DNA of 64,000 nucleotides, taken from positions 448,001-512,000 of the forward strand of contig BK006947.3 of assembly GCA_000146045.2 (NCBI GenBank). Reading direction: 5' to 3'. Under the pieces are notes generated by a model, which had not been told where the DNA came from, did not search any database, and was given only the letters and a program-made list of their open reading frames with translations. This DNA comes from TPA_inf: Saccharomyces. Its lineage: Eukaryota. Both the position numbers and the translations under genes were made by a program. Positions 9,704 to 21,623 of the stretch are shown in pieces. Positions within the stretch are counted from its first letter, which is position 1. Every line of letters starts with the position of its first letter.

Positions 9704-12700
9704 ATGTCAACTGAACCGGTAAGCGCCTCTGATAAATATCAGAAAATTTCTCAACTGGAACATATCTTAAAAAGACCAGACACTTATATCGGTTCTGTTG
9801 AAACTCAAGAGCAGCTGCAATGGATATACGATGAAGAGACCGATTGCATGATTGAAAAAAATGTCACAATTGTACCAGGGTTGTTCAAAATCTTTGATGA
9901 AATCTTAGTCAATGCGGCAGATAATAAAGTTCGTGATCCATCGATGAAACGAATCGATGTAAACATACATGCTGAGGAACATACTATAGAAGTGAAAAAT
10001 GATGGAAAAGGTATTCCCATAGAGATTCATAACAAGGAGAATATTTATATTCCTGAAATGATATTTGGTCATTTGTTGACATCATCCAATTATGATGATG
10101 ATGAGAAGAAAGTCACTGGTGGTAGAAACGGTTATGGTGCTAAGCTTTGTAATATATTTTCCACTGAATTCATATTAGAAACTGCAGATCTAAATGTTGG
10201 CCAGAAATATGTTCAAAAATGGGAAAATAACATGAGCATTTGCCACCCCCCAAAAATAACATCTTACAAGAAGGGTCCATCATATACAAAGGTGACATTT
10301 AAGCCGGATTTAACCAGATTCGGAATGAAAGAGCTAGATAATGATATCTTAGGAGTGATGCGAAGAAGAGTTTATGATATCAATGGTTCTGTTCGTGACA
10401 TTAATGTCTATCTGAATGGCAAGTCCTTAAAGATAAGAAATTTCAAAAATTATGTTGAACTCTACTTGAAATCACTCGAAAAAAAAAGACAACTAGATAA
10501 CGGTGAGGACGGTGCCGCTAAGTCTGATATCCCGACTATTCTTTATGAGAGAATAAACAACAGATGGGAAGTTGCTTTTGCGGTTTCTGATATCTCTTTT
10601 CAACAAATTTCTTTTGTGAATTCCATTGCAACTACCATGGGTGGTACCCATGTCAATTACATAACAGACCAAATTGTAAAAAAAATTTCAGAAATTTTGA
10701 AGAAAAAGAAGAAAAAAAGTGTGAAGTCTTTTCAGATTAAAAATAATATGTTCATTTTCATTAATTGTTTGATTGAGAATCCTGCATTTACCTCACAAAC
10801 AAAAGAGCAACTGACAACAAGAGTCAAAGATTTTGGGTCCCGTTGTGAGATTCCTCTTGAATATATTAATAAGATTATGAAAACTGATTTGGCTACAAGA
10901 ATGTTTGAAATTGCCGACGCAAATGAAGAAAATGCGCTAAAGAAGTCTGATGGTACAAGGAAAAGCAGAATTACTAATTACCCTAAACTGGAAGATGCCA
11001 ACAAAGCCGGTACAAAAGAAGGCTATAAATGTACTTTAGTTCTGACAGAAGGGGATTCCGCCTTGTCATTAGCTGTTGCAGGTTTAGCTGTTGTTGGTAG
11101 AGATTATTATGGTTGTTATCCACTTCGTGGTAAAATGCTGAATGTTAGAGAAGCTAGTGCTGATCAGATACTAAAAAACGCGGAAATTCAAGCCATTAAA
11201 AAAATTATGGGGTTACAACATCGCAAGAAATATGAAGATACAAAATCTTTAAGATATGGGCATCTTATGATCATGACCGATCAAGATCATGATGGTTCGC
11301 ATATTAAAGGTTTAATTATAAACTTTTTAGAAAGCTCATTTCCTGGTCTTTTGGATATCCAAGGTTTCTTACTTGAATTCATAACTCCGATCATCAAAGT
11401 TTCCATCACTAAACCAACAAAAAACACTATTGCATTCTACAATATGCCGGACTATGAAAAATGGAGAGAGGAAGAATCGCACAAATTTACTTGGAAGCAG
11501 AAGTATTATAAAGGATTAGGGACTTCTCTAGCACAAGAAGTCCGAGAATATTTTTCGAACTTGGACAGACATTTGAAAATATTCCATTCTTTGCAGGGTA
11601 ATGATAAAGATTACATTGATTTAGCTTTCTCCAAGAAAAAGGCAGATGACCGTAAAGAATGGCTGAGACAATACGAACCTGGTACTGTTTTAGACCCTAC
11701 TTTAAAAGAGATTCCAATTAGCGACTTCATTAATAAGGAATTAATCCTTTTTTCTTTGGCCGATAATATACGGTCGATTCCCAATGTTTTAGATGGATTT
11801 AAACCTGGCCAAAGAAAAGTTCTTTATGGTTGTTTCAAAAAAAATTTAAAGTCGGAACTGAAAGTAGCTCAACTTGCACCATACGTGAGCGAATGTACGG
11901 CATATCACCATGGTGAGCAGTCATTGGCACAAACTATTATTGGGCTAGCCCAAAACTTTGTTGGGTCCAACAATATTTACTTGCTATTACCTAACGGTGC
12001 TTTCGGTACAAGAGCCACTGGTGGTAAAGATGCAGCGGCAGCGAGATATATCTACACAGAATTGAACAAATTAACTCGTAAGATATTTCACCCTGCTGAT
12101 GATCCATTATACAAATATATACAAGAAGATGAGAAAACAGTGGAGCCAGAGTGGTATTTACCAATTCTTCCTATGATTCTTGTTAACGGTGCTGAGGGTA
12201 TTGGCACTGGCTGGAGTACTTACATTCCTCCATTCAACCCATTGGAAATTATAAAGAATATAAGACATTTAATGAACGACGAGGAGCTTGAGCAAATGCA
12301 TCCGTGGTTTAGGGGATGGACCGGTACTATTGAAGAAATTGAGCCTCTGCGTTACAGAATGTACGGTAGGATTGAACAAATTGGAGATAACGTCTTAGAA
12401 ATAACTGAGTTGCCAGCCAGAACTTGGACATCGACTATAAAGGAGTACTTACTTTTAGGTTTAAGCGGTAACGATAAAATAAAACCCTGGATCAAAGATA
12501 TGGAGGAGCAGCACGATGATAACATCAAATTCATAATCACGCTATCACCTGAGGAAATGGCTAAAACAAGGAAAATAGGTTTTTATGAAAGATTTAAACT
12601 AATTTCGCCTATAAGTTTGATGAATATGGTCGCATTTGATCCTCACGGGAAAATCAAGAAGTACAATTCCGTGAATGAAATATTAAGCGAATTTTACTAC

Positions 12701-13990
12701 GTCAGACTAGAATACTATCAAAAAAGAAAAGACCATATGAGCGAAAGGTTACAGTGGGAGGTAGAGAAATACTCTTTCCAAGTAAAATTTATTAAAATGA
12801 TTATTGAAAAGGAGTTAACAGTCACCAATAAGCCTAGGAACGCTATTATCCAAGAACTTGAGAATTTAGGGTTCCCCAGATTTAATAAGGAAGGTAAACC
12901 ATATTATGGAAGTCCTAACGATGAGATAGCTGAACAAATTAACGACGTAAAAGGCGCAACTTCTGATGAAGAAGATGAAGAAAGTTCACACGAAGATACT
13001 GAAAATGTTATAAATGGTCCTGAAGAACTATATGGCACATATGAATATTTATTAGGAATGAGAATATGGTCATTGACCAAGGAAAGATATCAAAAGCTGT
13101 TGAAACAAAAACAAGAAAAGGAGACAGAGTTGGAAAACTTGTTAAAACTTTCCGCGAAAGATATATGGAACACTGACTTGAAGGCTTTTGAGGTGGGATA
13201 TCAAGAATTTTTGCAACGAGATGCAGAAGCTCGCGGTGGTAATGTTCCCAATAAAGGGAGCAAAACGAAAGGTAAAGGAAAAAGAAAGCTTGTTGACGAC
13301 GAAGACTACGACCCATCAAAAAAAAACAAGAAAAGTACTGCTAGAAAGGGCAAAAAAATTAAGTTAGAGGATAAGAATTTTGAAAGGATTTTGTTAGAAC
13401 AAAAACTAGTAACCAAAAGCAAGGCGCCTACAAAGATTAAAAAAGAGAAAACGCCTTCTGTTTCAGAAACAAAAACAGAAGAAGAAGAGAATGCTCCTTC
13501 TTCCACGAGTTCTTCTTCTATTTTCGACATAAAGAAAGAAGATAAAGATGAGGGCGAACTGAGTAAGATTTCGAACAAGTTTAAAAAAATTAGCACGATT
13601 TTTGACAAAATGGGTTCTACTTCCGCTACATCGAAGGAAAATACACCAGAACAGGACGATGTAGCCACTAAAAAAAATCAAACAACCGCTAAAAAAACAG
13701 CTGTAAAACCTAAATTGGCCAAGAAGCCAGTCAGGAAACAACAAAAAGTTGTGGAACTATCTGGTGAAAGCGACCTAGAAATTTTAGATTCATACACTGA
13801 TCGGGAAGATAGCAATAAAGATGAAGATGATGCTATACCACAACGATCAAGGAGACAAAGATCGTCGAGAGCTGCGTCGGTTCCTAAGAAATCTTACGTT
13901 GAAACTTTAGAATTATCTGACGACAGTTTCATCGAAGATGATGAAGAGGAAAACCAAGGATCAGATGTTTCGTTCAATGAAGAGGATTGA
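9704..13990 (+). CDS. TOP2: DNA topoisomerase II
   Basis: 1428 aa. Contains an N-terminal GHKL ATPase (ILVNAADN, GRNGYGAKL), the TOPRIM motif (LTEGDSA), the catalytic Tyr region (AQLAPYVSE...YHHGEQSL), and a long charged S/K/E-rich C-terminal tail. Confidence 0.95.
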   Translation: MSTEPVSASDKYQKISQLEHILKRPDTYIGSVETQEQLQWIYDEETDCMIEKNVTIVPGLFKIFDEILVNAADNKVRDPSMKRIDVNIHAEEHTIEVKNDGKGIPIEIHNKENIYIPEMIFGHLLTSSNYDDDEKKVTGGRNGYGAKLCNIFSTEFILETADLNVGQKYVQKWENNMSICHPPKITSYKKGPSYTKVTFKPDLTRFGMKELDNDILGVMRRRVYDINGSVRDINVYLNGKSLKIRNFKNYVELYLKSLEKKRQLDNGEDGAAKSDIPTILYERINNRWEVAFAVSDISFQQISFVNSIATTMGGTHVNYITDQIVKKISEILKKKKKKSVKSFQIKNNMFIFINCLIENPAFTSQTKEQLTTRVKDFGSRCEIPLEYINKIMKTDLATRMFEIADANEENALKKSDGTRKSRITNYPKLEDANKAGTKEGYKCTLVLTEGDSALSLAVAGLAVVGRDYYGCYPLRGKMLNVREASADQILKNAEIQAIKKIMGLQHRKKYEDTKSLRYGHLMIMTDQDHDGSHIKGLIINFLESSFPGLLDIQGFLLEFITPIIKVSITKPTKNTIAFYNMPDYEKWREEESHKFTWKQKYYKGLGTSLAQEVREYFSNLDRHLKIFHSLQGNDKDYIDLAFSKKKADDRKEWLRQYEPGTVLDPTLKEIPISDFINKELILFSLADNIRSIPNVLDGFKPGQRKVLYGCFKKNLKSELKVAQLAPYVSECTAYHHGEQSLAQTIIGLAQNFVGSNNIYLLLPNGAFGTRATGGKDAAAARYIYTELNKLTRKIFHPADDPLYKYIQEDEKTVEPEWYLPILPMILVNGAEGIGTGWSTYIPPFNPLEIIKNIRHLMNDEELEQMHPWFRGWTGTIEEIEPLRYRMYGRIEQIGDNVLEITELPARTWTSTIKEYLLLGLSGNDKIKPWIKDMEEQHDDNIKFIITLSPEEMAKTRKIGFYERFKLISPISLMNMVAFDPHGKIKKYNSVNEILSEFYYVRLEYYQKRKDHMSERLQWEVEKYSFQVKFIKMIIEKELTVTNKPRNAIIQELENLGFPRFNKEGKPYYGSPNDEIAEQINDVKGATSDEEDEESSHEDTENVINGPEELYGTYEYLLGMRIWSLTKERYQKLLKQKQEKETELENLLKLSAKDIWNTDLKAFEVGYQEFLQRDAEARGGNVPNKGSKTKGKGKRKLVDDEDYDPSKKNKKSTARKGKKIKLEDKNFERILLEQKLVTKSKAPTKIKKEKTPSVSETKTEEEENAPSSTSSSSIFDIKKEDKDEGELSKISNKFKKISTIFDKMGSTSATSKENTPEQDDVATKKNQTTAKKTAVKPKLAKKPVRKQQKVVELSGESDLEILDSYTDREDSNKDEDDAIPQRSRRQRSSRAASVPKKSYVETLELSDDSFIEDDEEENQGSDVSFNEED

Positions 13991-14410
13991 ATAATATTTA
14001 TCCAGAGAAAGCGCCATTCTTTTTATATGTTTATATCAGAAACAAATAGAAGTCGATCGTAATGACTAGATTATATAATCAGAAATAGCCTTTGGTGATC
14101 ACTTCCATTTTAGTCAGCATAATAGAAAGTTTAATTACGCGCTTTTTTACATTCCGACAAAGATCTGCCCGAGAAAATTCTTCGAGAAGACAACAACAAC
14201 AAAAAAAATAAAGCCTGGGCGAAAAACATCGTGCGTTTACATAATATCTTGAAAAGCAAACAGATATATAAACCGCTATTGAAATTACCTTTTTAAGTAT
14301 TCGCCTAGAAGCCTTGTTTCAAGTAGCATCAACAACAGGTGTTAGGTTAAACTGCTTTGACTTTTTGTTCTTTAACGAATATCATTAAAAAAAAAGGACA
14401 TCTATAAAGA

Positions 14411-17400
14411 ATGTCTCCAAACTCGTCGAAAACTCGAACGGACCAGATAAGCTCCATGCCTGGTATTAATGAAGCCACGAAGGTGGAAAGTAAGAATGTT
14501 GTGAAGGATGCTGTTCCAATAAAATCTGAAGTTGAAACCAATGGTACATCAATAGTAAGAGAAAAACAAGATCCATCGTACGTTGGTTGGAAACAAGTTG
14601 GTGGTTGGGAGGAAAAGGACGAGTTAACTTCCGAAGACCTTTTAGTGGACGTAAACAAGGACACTTTTTTGGGGAACCTTTTACCAGATAAATTCTATGG
14701 TGATTGGTATCATGAAGTCGCTATTCTCATCATCGCTGGTTTATGTTCCTTTGTGCTGGGCTATTTTAAATTCTCTCTCGCGTCCGTCCTTATCGTGATG
14801 CTAACCACAGGAATGTTATATAGAACTTCGTCCAAAAAATATAGGGAATCGTTAAGGGATTTAGCCCAGAAAGAACAAACTGTAGAGAAAATTACTAGTG
14901 ATTATGAATCTGTCGAATGGTTAAACACCTTTTTAGATAAATACTGGCCCATTATCGAACCTTCTGTCTCCCAACAAATTGTCGATGGTACAAATACTGC
15001 ATTATCTGAAAATGTGGCAATTCCAAAGTTTATAAAAGCCATCTGGCTGGATCAATTTACGTTAGGTGTGAAGCCTCCAAGAATTGATGCCATAAAGACA
15101 TTCCAAAATACAAAATCTGATGTCGTAGTCATGGACGTATGTCTATCATTCACTCCACACGACATGTCTGATCTTGATGCAAAACAATGCAGGAATTACG
15201 TAAATTCCAATGTCGTATTAAAGGCAAAGATATTCGGAATGGACATACCTGTTTCAGTTGCTGATATTTTTTTTCAAGTTTTTGTTAGATTTCGTTTCCA
15301 ATTGATGACAACTTTGCCTCTTGTTGAAACTATAAATATTCAGTTATTGGAAGTTCCTGAAGTTGATTTTATTAGTCGTTTATTGGGTAACTCCGTCTTT
15401 AATTGGGAAATCCTGGCTATTCCAGGCTTAATGAGATTGATTCAAAAAATGGCATTTAAATACTTGAGCCCTGTTTTACTCCCACCTTTCTCTTTGCAAC
15501 TTAATATACCACAACTTCTTTCCAAGACTGGCTTACCTATAGGTGTTTTGGAAATCAAAGTCAAAAATGCCCATGGATTAAGAAAACTTGTGGGCATGAT
15601 CAAGAAAACAGTTGACCCATACTTGACATTTGAGCTCTCTGGTAAAATAGTCGGTAAAACTAAGGTTTTTAAAAATTCTGCTAATCCTGTTTGGAATGAA
15701 TCCATTTACATTCTGTTGCAATCTTTTACTGATCCACTTACAATAGCCGTATATGACAAACGCGAAACCTTAAGCGACAAAAAAATGGGTACAGTAATTT
15801 TCAACTTGAATAAGTTACATGCAAATCACTATCACAAAAATGAAAAGGTACATTTCCTAAGAAATTCTAAACCTGTCGGTGAGTTGACATTTGATTTGCG
15901 ATTTTTCCCCACTATTGAACCAAAAAAATTACTGAACGGTGATGAGGAGCCTTTACCGGATATGAATACAGGTATCACCAAAATTACTATTCGCGAACTC
16001 AAGGGACTGGATGAACTAAGTGACAAAAAATTCGTCTTTGCAGAGTTGTATGTCAATGCAGAATTGGTGATGACCACAAAGAAAGAGAAAAGAACTGCCC
16101 ATTTGAAATGGAACTCAGATTATTATTCTGTGGTAACAGACCGTAGAAAGACTATCTGTAGATTTGTTTTGAAGGATCAGAGTGGTAAAGTAATTTCATC
16201 TTCGGTACAACCATTAAATCATTTGATAGATAGAACAGAAGTCAATAAAGAATGGATTCCTTTAAGGAATGGAAAGGGAGAATTAAAAGTCACCACTTAC
16301 TGGAGGCCGGTAGATATCGACCTCGGATTGAAAAGTGTAGGATATACTACTCCTATCGGTATGTTGAGAGTGTTTATCAATAAGGCTGAAAACTTGAGAA
16401 ATCCAGATAGCTTAGGAAAGATAAGTCCATACGCCAAAGTATCCGTCAATGGTGTGGCAAGAGGTAGGACAAATGAAAGAATAGAGACATTGAATCCTAT
16501 CTGGAACCAATCAATTTATGTGTCTGTCACATCTCCCTTACAAAAAGTCTCAATTGACTGTTTCGGTATAGATACAAATGGCGATGATCATAATCTCGGG
16601 AGCCTTAATATTCAAACTCAGAATATATATCATAAAGACAATGACGATAAATATACCATTTTTATTGACAACGCTCCAAGAACTGGCAACTTAATTGGAA
16701 AGAAGGGTGTAAAGGGGACCGTTACGTATTATTTATCATTTTATCCAGTTGTTCCTGTTTTAAGCTTGGAAGAGGCGAAGGAAGTTGACGAGATTAATGA
16801 GAAAAAAGATAAGCTAGAAAAGCAGAAAAGTACACTGGATGACAAAAACATCTCAAAGGAGGAGAAAGAAAGAATTAAAAAGGAAGAGTTCAGGCTCACC
16901 GAAAAATATGACATGTATAGTTACAAAATGAAGCTTGACCTCGATGAATTGCTGCAATACAATGCTGGTGTACTAGGTGTTACTGTATTAGGCGGGGAAC
17001 TACCCCAGCCTGGGCTCTATGTTCAAACATTTTTTGATTCCTGTGGTTACGCAGCGATAACTAGTGCAAAAAATGCTATTAGGACCATTAAAACAGGCTG
17101 GTCGGGCGATTTCATGATAAAAGAGCTGGAATGGTCCGTGACTACATTTAGGGTAACAAAGACTAAAGACGCGAATAAGGCGGAAAATTTTATTTGCGAA
17201 GTCAACATTCCAACAATTGAATTGGTGAGGAACTGTTATTACAAACCTTCCGTATTAAATCTAATAGGGAAAAAGAGTGCCAAACTATTAGTTCAAGTGT
17301 CATGGTTCCCCGTAACTGCCACGGAATTGCCTCAATCAGACTTGATAACTAACTCTGGTGATTTGAAAATCACCGCTAAAAGTGCTGAAAATCTAATTGG

Positions 17401-17947
17401 TGTTAATAAGAATGGTTATTCCGATCCATATGTCGAATTCTTTTTGAATGAAAAGAGCACATCACCCTTCTTTAAAACCGCAGTTCAAAAAAAGACACTA
17501 AATCCTACCTGGAACGAAAGCAAAACTATCGAAGTTTCAAATCGTGTCAATGACTACTTGACAATTAACGTGAAAGACTACGAATCCACTAACTCCAATA
17601 GGAGTATTGGAAAAGCCGTTGTTCCATTATCTACTATTGATCCAGAGAGCGATACCACCTTTAATATACCGTTAGTGGGACCAAAGGGAGAAGATGGCGG
17701 TGTGCTACATCTTGAATTTGAGTTTGAACCCCGCTATACTACCAATGTAGTCAAACGTGAAGCCGGGCTTGGAAATTTTGCCACGAAAGGATTAGGTACA
17801 GGCATCAAAGCTGGTTCTACAGTTTTCGCCTTAGGAACCAATGTTGTAAGCACCGGATTAGGAACAATTGATAAAGTAAAGGCCGGAGTCTTTGGTGGCA
17901 AGAAGTCTACAACCACTGGGGACAAAAAATCCGAAGAGAAGCAATAA
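14411..17947 (+). CDS. TCB2: Tricalbin (N-terminal TM/SMP domain followed by multiple C2 domains)
   Basis: 1178 aa. Has a hydrophobic N-terminal segment followed by several C2-like repeats (DPY..F, NPVWNE / NPIWNQ / NPTWNE motifs). Size and position match YNL087W. Confidence 0.82.
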   Translation: MSPNSSKTRTDQISSMPGINEATKVESKNVVKDAVPIKSEVETNGTSIVREKQDPSYVGWKQVGGWEEKDELTSEDLLVDVNKDTFLGNLLPDKFYGDWYHEVAILIIAGLCSFVLGYFKFSLASVLIVMLTTGMLYRTSSKKYRESLRDLAQKEQTVEKITSDYESVEWLNTFLDKYWPIIEPSVSQQIVDGTNTALSENVAIPKFIKAIWLDQFTLGVKPPRIDAIKTFQNTKSDVVVMDVCLSFTPHDMSDLDAKQCRNYVNSNVVLKAKIFGMDIPVSVADIFFQVFVRFRFQLMTTLPLVETINIQLLEVPEVDFISRLLGNSVFNWEILAIPGLMRLIQKMAFKYLSPVLLPPFSLQLNIPQLLSKTGLPIGVLEIKVKNAHGLRKLVGMIKKTVDPYLTFELSGKIVGKTKVFKNSANPVWNESIYILLQSFTDPLTIAVYDKRETLSDKKMGTVIFNLNKLHANHYHKNEKVHFLRNSKPVGELTFDLRFFPTIEPKKLLNGDEEPLPDMNTGITKITIRELKGLDELSDKKFVFAELYVNAELVMTTKKEKRTAHLKWNSDYYSVVTDRRKTICRFVLKDQSGKVISSSVQPLNHLIDRTEVNKEWIPLRNGKGELKVTTYWRPVDIDLGLKSVGYTTPIGMLRVFINKAENLRNPDSLGKISPYAKVSVNGVARGRTNERIETLNPIWNQSIYVSVTSPLQKVSIDCFGIDTNGDDHNLGSLNIQTQNIYHKDNDDKYTIFIDNAPRTGNLIGKKGVKGTVTYYLSFYPVVPVLSLEEAKEVDEINEKKDKLEKQKSTLDDKNISKEEKERIKKEEFRLTEKYDMYSYKMKLDLDELLQYNAGVLGVTVLGGELPQPGLYVQTFFDSCGYAAITSAKNAIRTIKTGWSGDFMIKELEWSVTTFRVTKTKDANKAENFICEVNIPTIELVRNCYYKPSVLNLIGKKSAKLLVQVSWFPVTATELPQSDLITNSGDLKITAKSAENLIGVNKNGYSDPYVEFFLNEKSTSPFFKTAVQKKTLNPTWNESKTIEVSNRVNDYLTINVKDYESTNSNRSIGKAVVPLSTIDPESDTTFNIPLVGPKGEDGGVLHLEFEFEPRYTTNVVKREAGLGNFATKGLGTGIKAGSTVFALGTNVVSTGLGTIDKVKAGVFGGKKSTTTGDKKSEEKQ

Positions 17948-18315
17948 TTCTATCGATGGTAAAGAGTATGTGTCACGAAATCATCTTGATGCCGCAATGT
18001 ACGAGCAAAAAAAGAAAAGAGAAATCAATCTTAACAACTCAACCATGCCGAGTGCTACTATAGTACTTTTCTTTATTACTACGTATGTAAATTGTAACAA
18101 ATGTGTACTTTTATGTGTGTTCTTAAATGGGAAACTACTTAGCGTTTTGTTCATTTCCAGTGTTAAGTAGGAAGAATGACTGAGCGAAAAAAACCGTAGA
18201 AGTAGAACTTAAAATAAGAACGGAGGCTAAACCACCAAAACAGCTCATCAACAGTTAAAACACCACCAATATTTCCAGAAAAAAGAACTGTAGATATAGT
18301 CTCATTAGTATTTAG

Positions 18316-18642
<327 letters not shown>

Positions 18643-19130
18643 GTAAACATACACATGTATAGCATAATCTTCGATTCCTTTTACCCATTCGTAGATGGCA
18701 TCGACAGTGTACTTATAATACTACCGTGAGAAACGATATTAAGAACAAGACGAAAAATGGTGGAAAATCTGGAAAGCAAGAACGTAGCACGCTAGAGTTA
18801 TTCTAGCTTGTCAGCTCGACTGTTTAATTATTATTGTTATTATATTAACATTAACGTAATAACCATTGAACTACATTAAAGAAATAACTGTCTCGCTTAT
18901 ATCTGGTCTATTTTTTGTTTTTTGCCTTTCCTTTTAAATTCTTTATAACCTTGAAAACAAAAAATCACATTGGTAAATTACAATCATTTATTACCAAATT
19001 TGTCCATTAACTATTTTAGCGTGACTGACTGATAAAGACTGTTTCACTCTCTTTATTTATTCATAACAAAAATTCAGATATTTTGAACTATAAAGTACTA
19101 AAGGCAGAAAAATTAATAGCAAATTAAGCG

Positions 19131-21623
19131 ATGGCAATCAAGTCATTGGAATCGTTCCTTTTCGAAAGAGGTCTAGTAGGATCCTATGCCATTGAGGCTC
19201 TGAATAATTGTACCCTGGATATAGACGTCAACCATTATGTTTCCAGATTGTTGACCAATAAAAGAGAACAGTATTTGGATGCCATTGGTGGTTTCCCTAC
19301 CAGTTTAAAAATGTATTTGGAAAGCGACTTAAAGATATTCAAGGATTTCAATATTACCCCTATTTTTGTCTTTAATGGTGGTTTGACTTACAACCAATTA
19401 GAGGCATCGGGCCATTTTACTGCAGCATCTGCTTCTGCGTCGATTTCGTCAACCACTACTTCCAGCAGCGGTACCAATGCCACAACAAGATCCAACACGG
19501 AATCCGTTCTTTTGCAGAGAAGTAGAGGCTGGACACAATGGAACAACTTGATTAGTTCGAATCAGAATTCCTATATTGACCAGCCTATTCAACCCCAAGA
19601 GCCATTCAGACATAACACCACAATTGACTCCAAAGCTTACCAAAACGATTTGATCGCTTATTTTATTGAGCATGGGTATATGTACCAAGTGGCTCCTTAC
19701 TCCTCTTGGTTTCAACTAGCATATTTATTGAATAGCGCTTATATTGATGCGATCTACGGCCCAACTGATTGTTTGATGCTAGATTGTGTTGATAGGTTCA
19801 TTTTGGGTATGGAATTTCCAAATAAAGAATTTCGATTCATTGACAGGTCAAGAGTGATGAAGGATTTAGGTTGTACCCATGAAGAGTTTATCGATATTGC
19901 TATGGCTGTAGGTAATGATTTGCAACCAACAACTTTACCACCATTGCAAATTTATCCAGTTCCTCAGCTGTTTGATATTGCTCTAGAAATGGTTTTGAAT
20001 ACAGGTACAAACTTCTATGCCTATCAACTATCTACAACCTTACAAAATGACTCCAAAGAGAATATTCAAAACTACCAAAGAGGTATTTCTGCATTAAGAT
20101 ACATGCCAGTCTTGAAAGATACAGGTAAAGTTGAATTATTTGTTCAAGAGATCGTTGTTTCAGAGGAGGACAGTGAAAAGAATAACAAGGATGGAAAAAA
20201 GAGTAATCTTTCCTCACCATCTTCTGCGTCATCTAGTGCTTCTCCTGCTACCACCGTGACTAAGAACGCTAGTGAAAAGTTAACTTATGAAAAATCCAGC
20301 ACTAAAGAGGTTAGAAAACCAAGAGATATTCCTAATGATGTTCATGATTTTATCGGCCAAATGTTACCTCATGAATACTATTTCTATAGATCCATAGGAC
20401 TGGTTACTGGAAAATTATTTGACGCAATTGTCACAGGAGTTTATCCTGAAGAGCCTCCATTGGGCGGAGGATCTTCTACATCCTACAAGAAACTGGTTTC
20501 CAAGTCCGTTGAAATCTTCAAGAATAAAGAAATCAATTTATTAACTCAACCAATTAACAGATACTATCAGATTAAACAAATTAAACAAGTCAAGTGGTAT
20601 GCGGCAAATGAGCCTACCACTTTGACCAACAGGATGTCACCTTCTATGTTTGAAACTATCAACCACTTAATTGTTAAAACAGAAACGTCTGATGAAAAGG
20701 AATTTTCTATCTCTGAGTTCATTACAACAATAAATGGTTCTAGCAATATGGCGAAAGATTTTATATCTGAAAAAGTCATTTTCCCAAACTCCGTACCAAT
20801 CGAATCCAAATTAAACTCACCATTTAATTTATTGTCGACCAATTTCTTAAGATTACTAGTACTATTGGAGTTCTTCACTTTTGATTTCAAGGAAAAACTG
20901 CTAGAGCCTACGAGATGGGGTGAGGTATTCTTAAAATTAAATGAGCTCAATATTGACAGTAAGTATCACGAATCAGTTATTATCTTTTTGGTATTTTTGA
21001 AATGCGATGTCTTAAAACTTGACGAAGAAGTTCAACCACCGGCTCCCTCAGCCCTATCTCAAGCCACTCTTCGTTCATATCCTGAAGAATCATTGTACGT
21101 CCTATTGATTACGCGTGTATTAACTTTATTTCAAGTGGACCAAAAGCCATCAAATTACCACGGACCAATTGATAAGAAAACTTTGATCTTTAGAGATCAT
21201 CTTTCTTTCATAAAGGAAAATTTAAATGAACTTTTTGAAGCCGTTTTGATCTCATCTTTAACTTCTGGCGAGTTTAATAGATTATCACTTGATAACTTTG
21301 GTTGGGCAAGAAAGATTGTTAGATATTTACCGTTCAAATTAGATTCCCCAAATACTATAATGGCTATGATGTGGGAGTTTTTCTTACAAAAATATCTTCA
21401 CAATGGTAATGCCAAGAATGATGCATTGTCTTTAGTTGCTACTGAATTCAACACTTACAAATCCACACCAAATCTTGATGAACAGTTTGTCGAATCCCAT
21501 AGATTTCTTCTTGAAATTTCAAAAGTCATGCAGGAGCTAAATGCTGCGAAATTAATCGATGAAAACGTGTTTAAATTATTCACTAAAGCAGTTGAGTTTA
21601 CTACAACAGCTCTATCTAGCTGA
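19131..21623 (+). CDS. MKT1: Mkt1 (XPG-N nuclease-like fold, Pbp1-interacting; maintenance of K2 killer toxin)
   Basis: 830 aa. Size and position match YNL085W. Codon 30 is GAT (Asp). Confidence 0.82.
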   Translation: MAIKSLESFLFERGLVGSYAIEALNNCTLDIDVNHYVSRLLTNKREQYLDAIGGFPTSLKMYLESDLKIFKDFNITPIFVFNGGLTYNQLEASGHFTAASASASISSTTTSSSGTNATTRSNTESVLLQRSRGWTQWNNLISSNQNSYIDQPIQPQEPFRHNTTIDSKAYQNDLIAYFIEHGYMYQVAPYSSWFQLAYLLNSAYIDAIYGPTDCLMLDCVDRFILGMEFPNKEFRFIDRSRVMKDLGCTHEEFIDIAMAVGNDLQPTTLPPLQIYPVPQLFDIALEMVLNTGTNFYAYQLSTTLQNDSKENIQNYQRGISALRYMPVLKDTGKVELFVQEIVVSEEDSEKNNKDGKKSNLSSPSSASSSASPATTVTKNASEKLTYEKSSTKEVRKPRDIPNDVHDFIGQMLPHEYYFYRSIGLVTGKLFDAIVTGVYPEEPPLGGGSSTSYKKLVSKSVEIFKNKEINLLTQPINRYYQIKQIKQVKWYAANEPTTLTNRMSPSMFETINHLIVKTETSDEKEFSISEFITTINGSSNMAKDFISEKVIFPNSVPIESKLNSPFNLLSTNFLRLLVLLEFFTFDFKEKLLEPTRWGEVFLKLNELNIDSKYHESVIIFLVFLKCDVLKLDEEVQPPAPSALSQATLRSYPEESLYVLLITRVLTLFQVDQKPSNYHGPIDKKTLIFRDHLSFIKENLNELFEAVLISSLTSGEFNRLSLDNFGWARKIVRYLPFKLDSPNTIMAMMWEFFLQKYLHNGNAKNDALSLVATEFNTYKSTPNLDEQFVESHRFLLEISKVMQELNAAKLIDENVFKLFTKAVEFTTTALSS

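Noticed and set aside
13008-13744. Three overlapping minus-strand ORFs (103, 120 and 93 aa) antisense to the TOP2 3' end
   Set aside because: They lie in the low-complexity K/E/S-rich TOP2 tail. The antisense frames are open by composition only.
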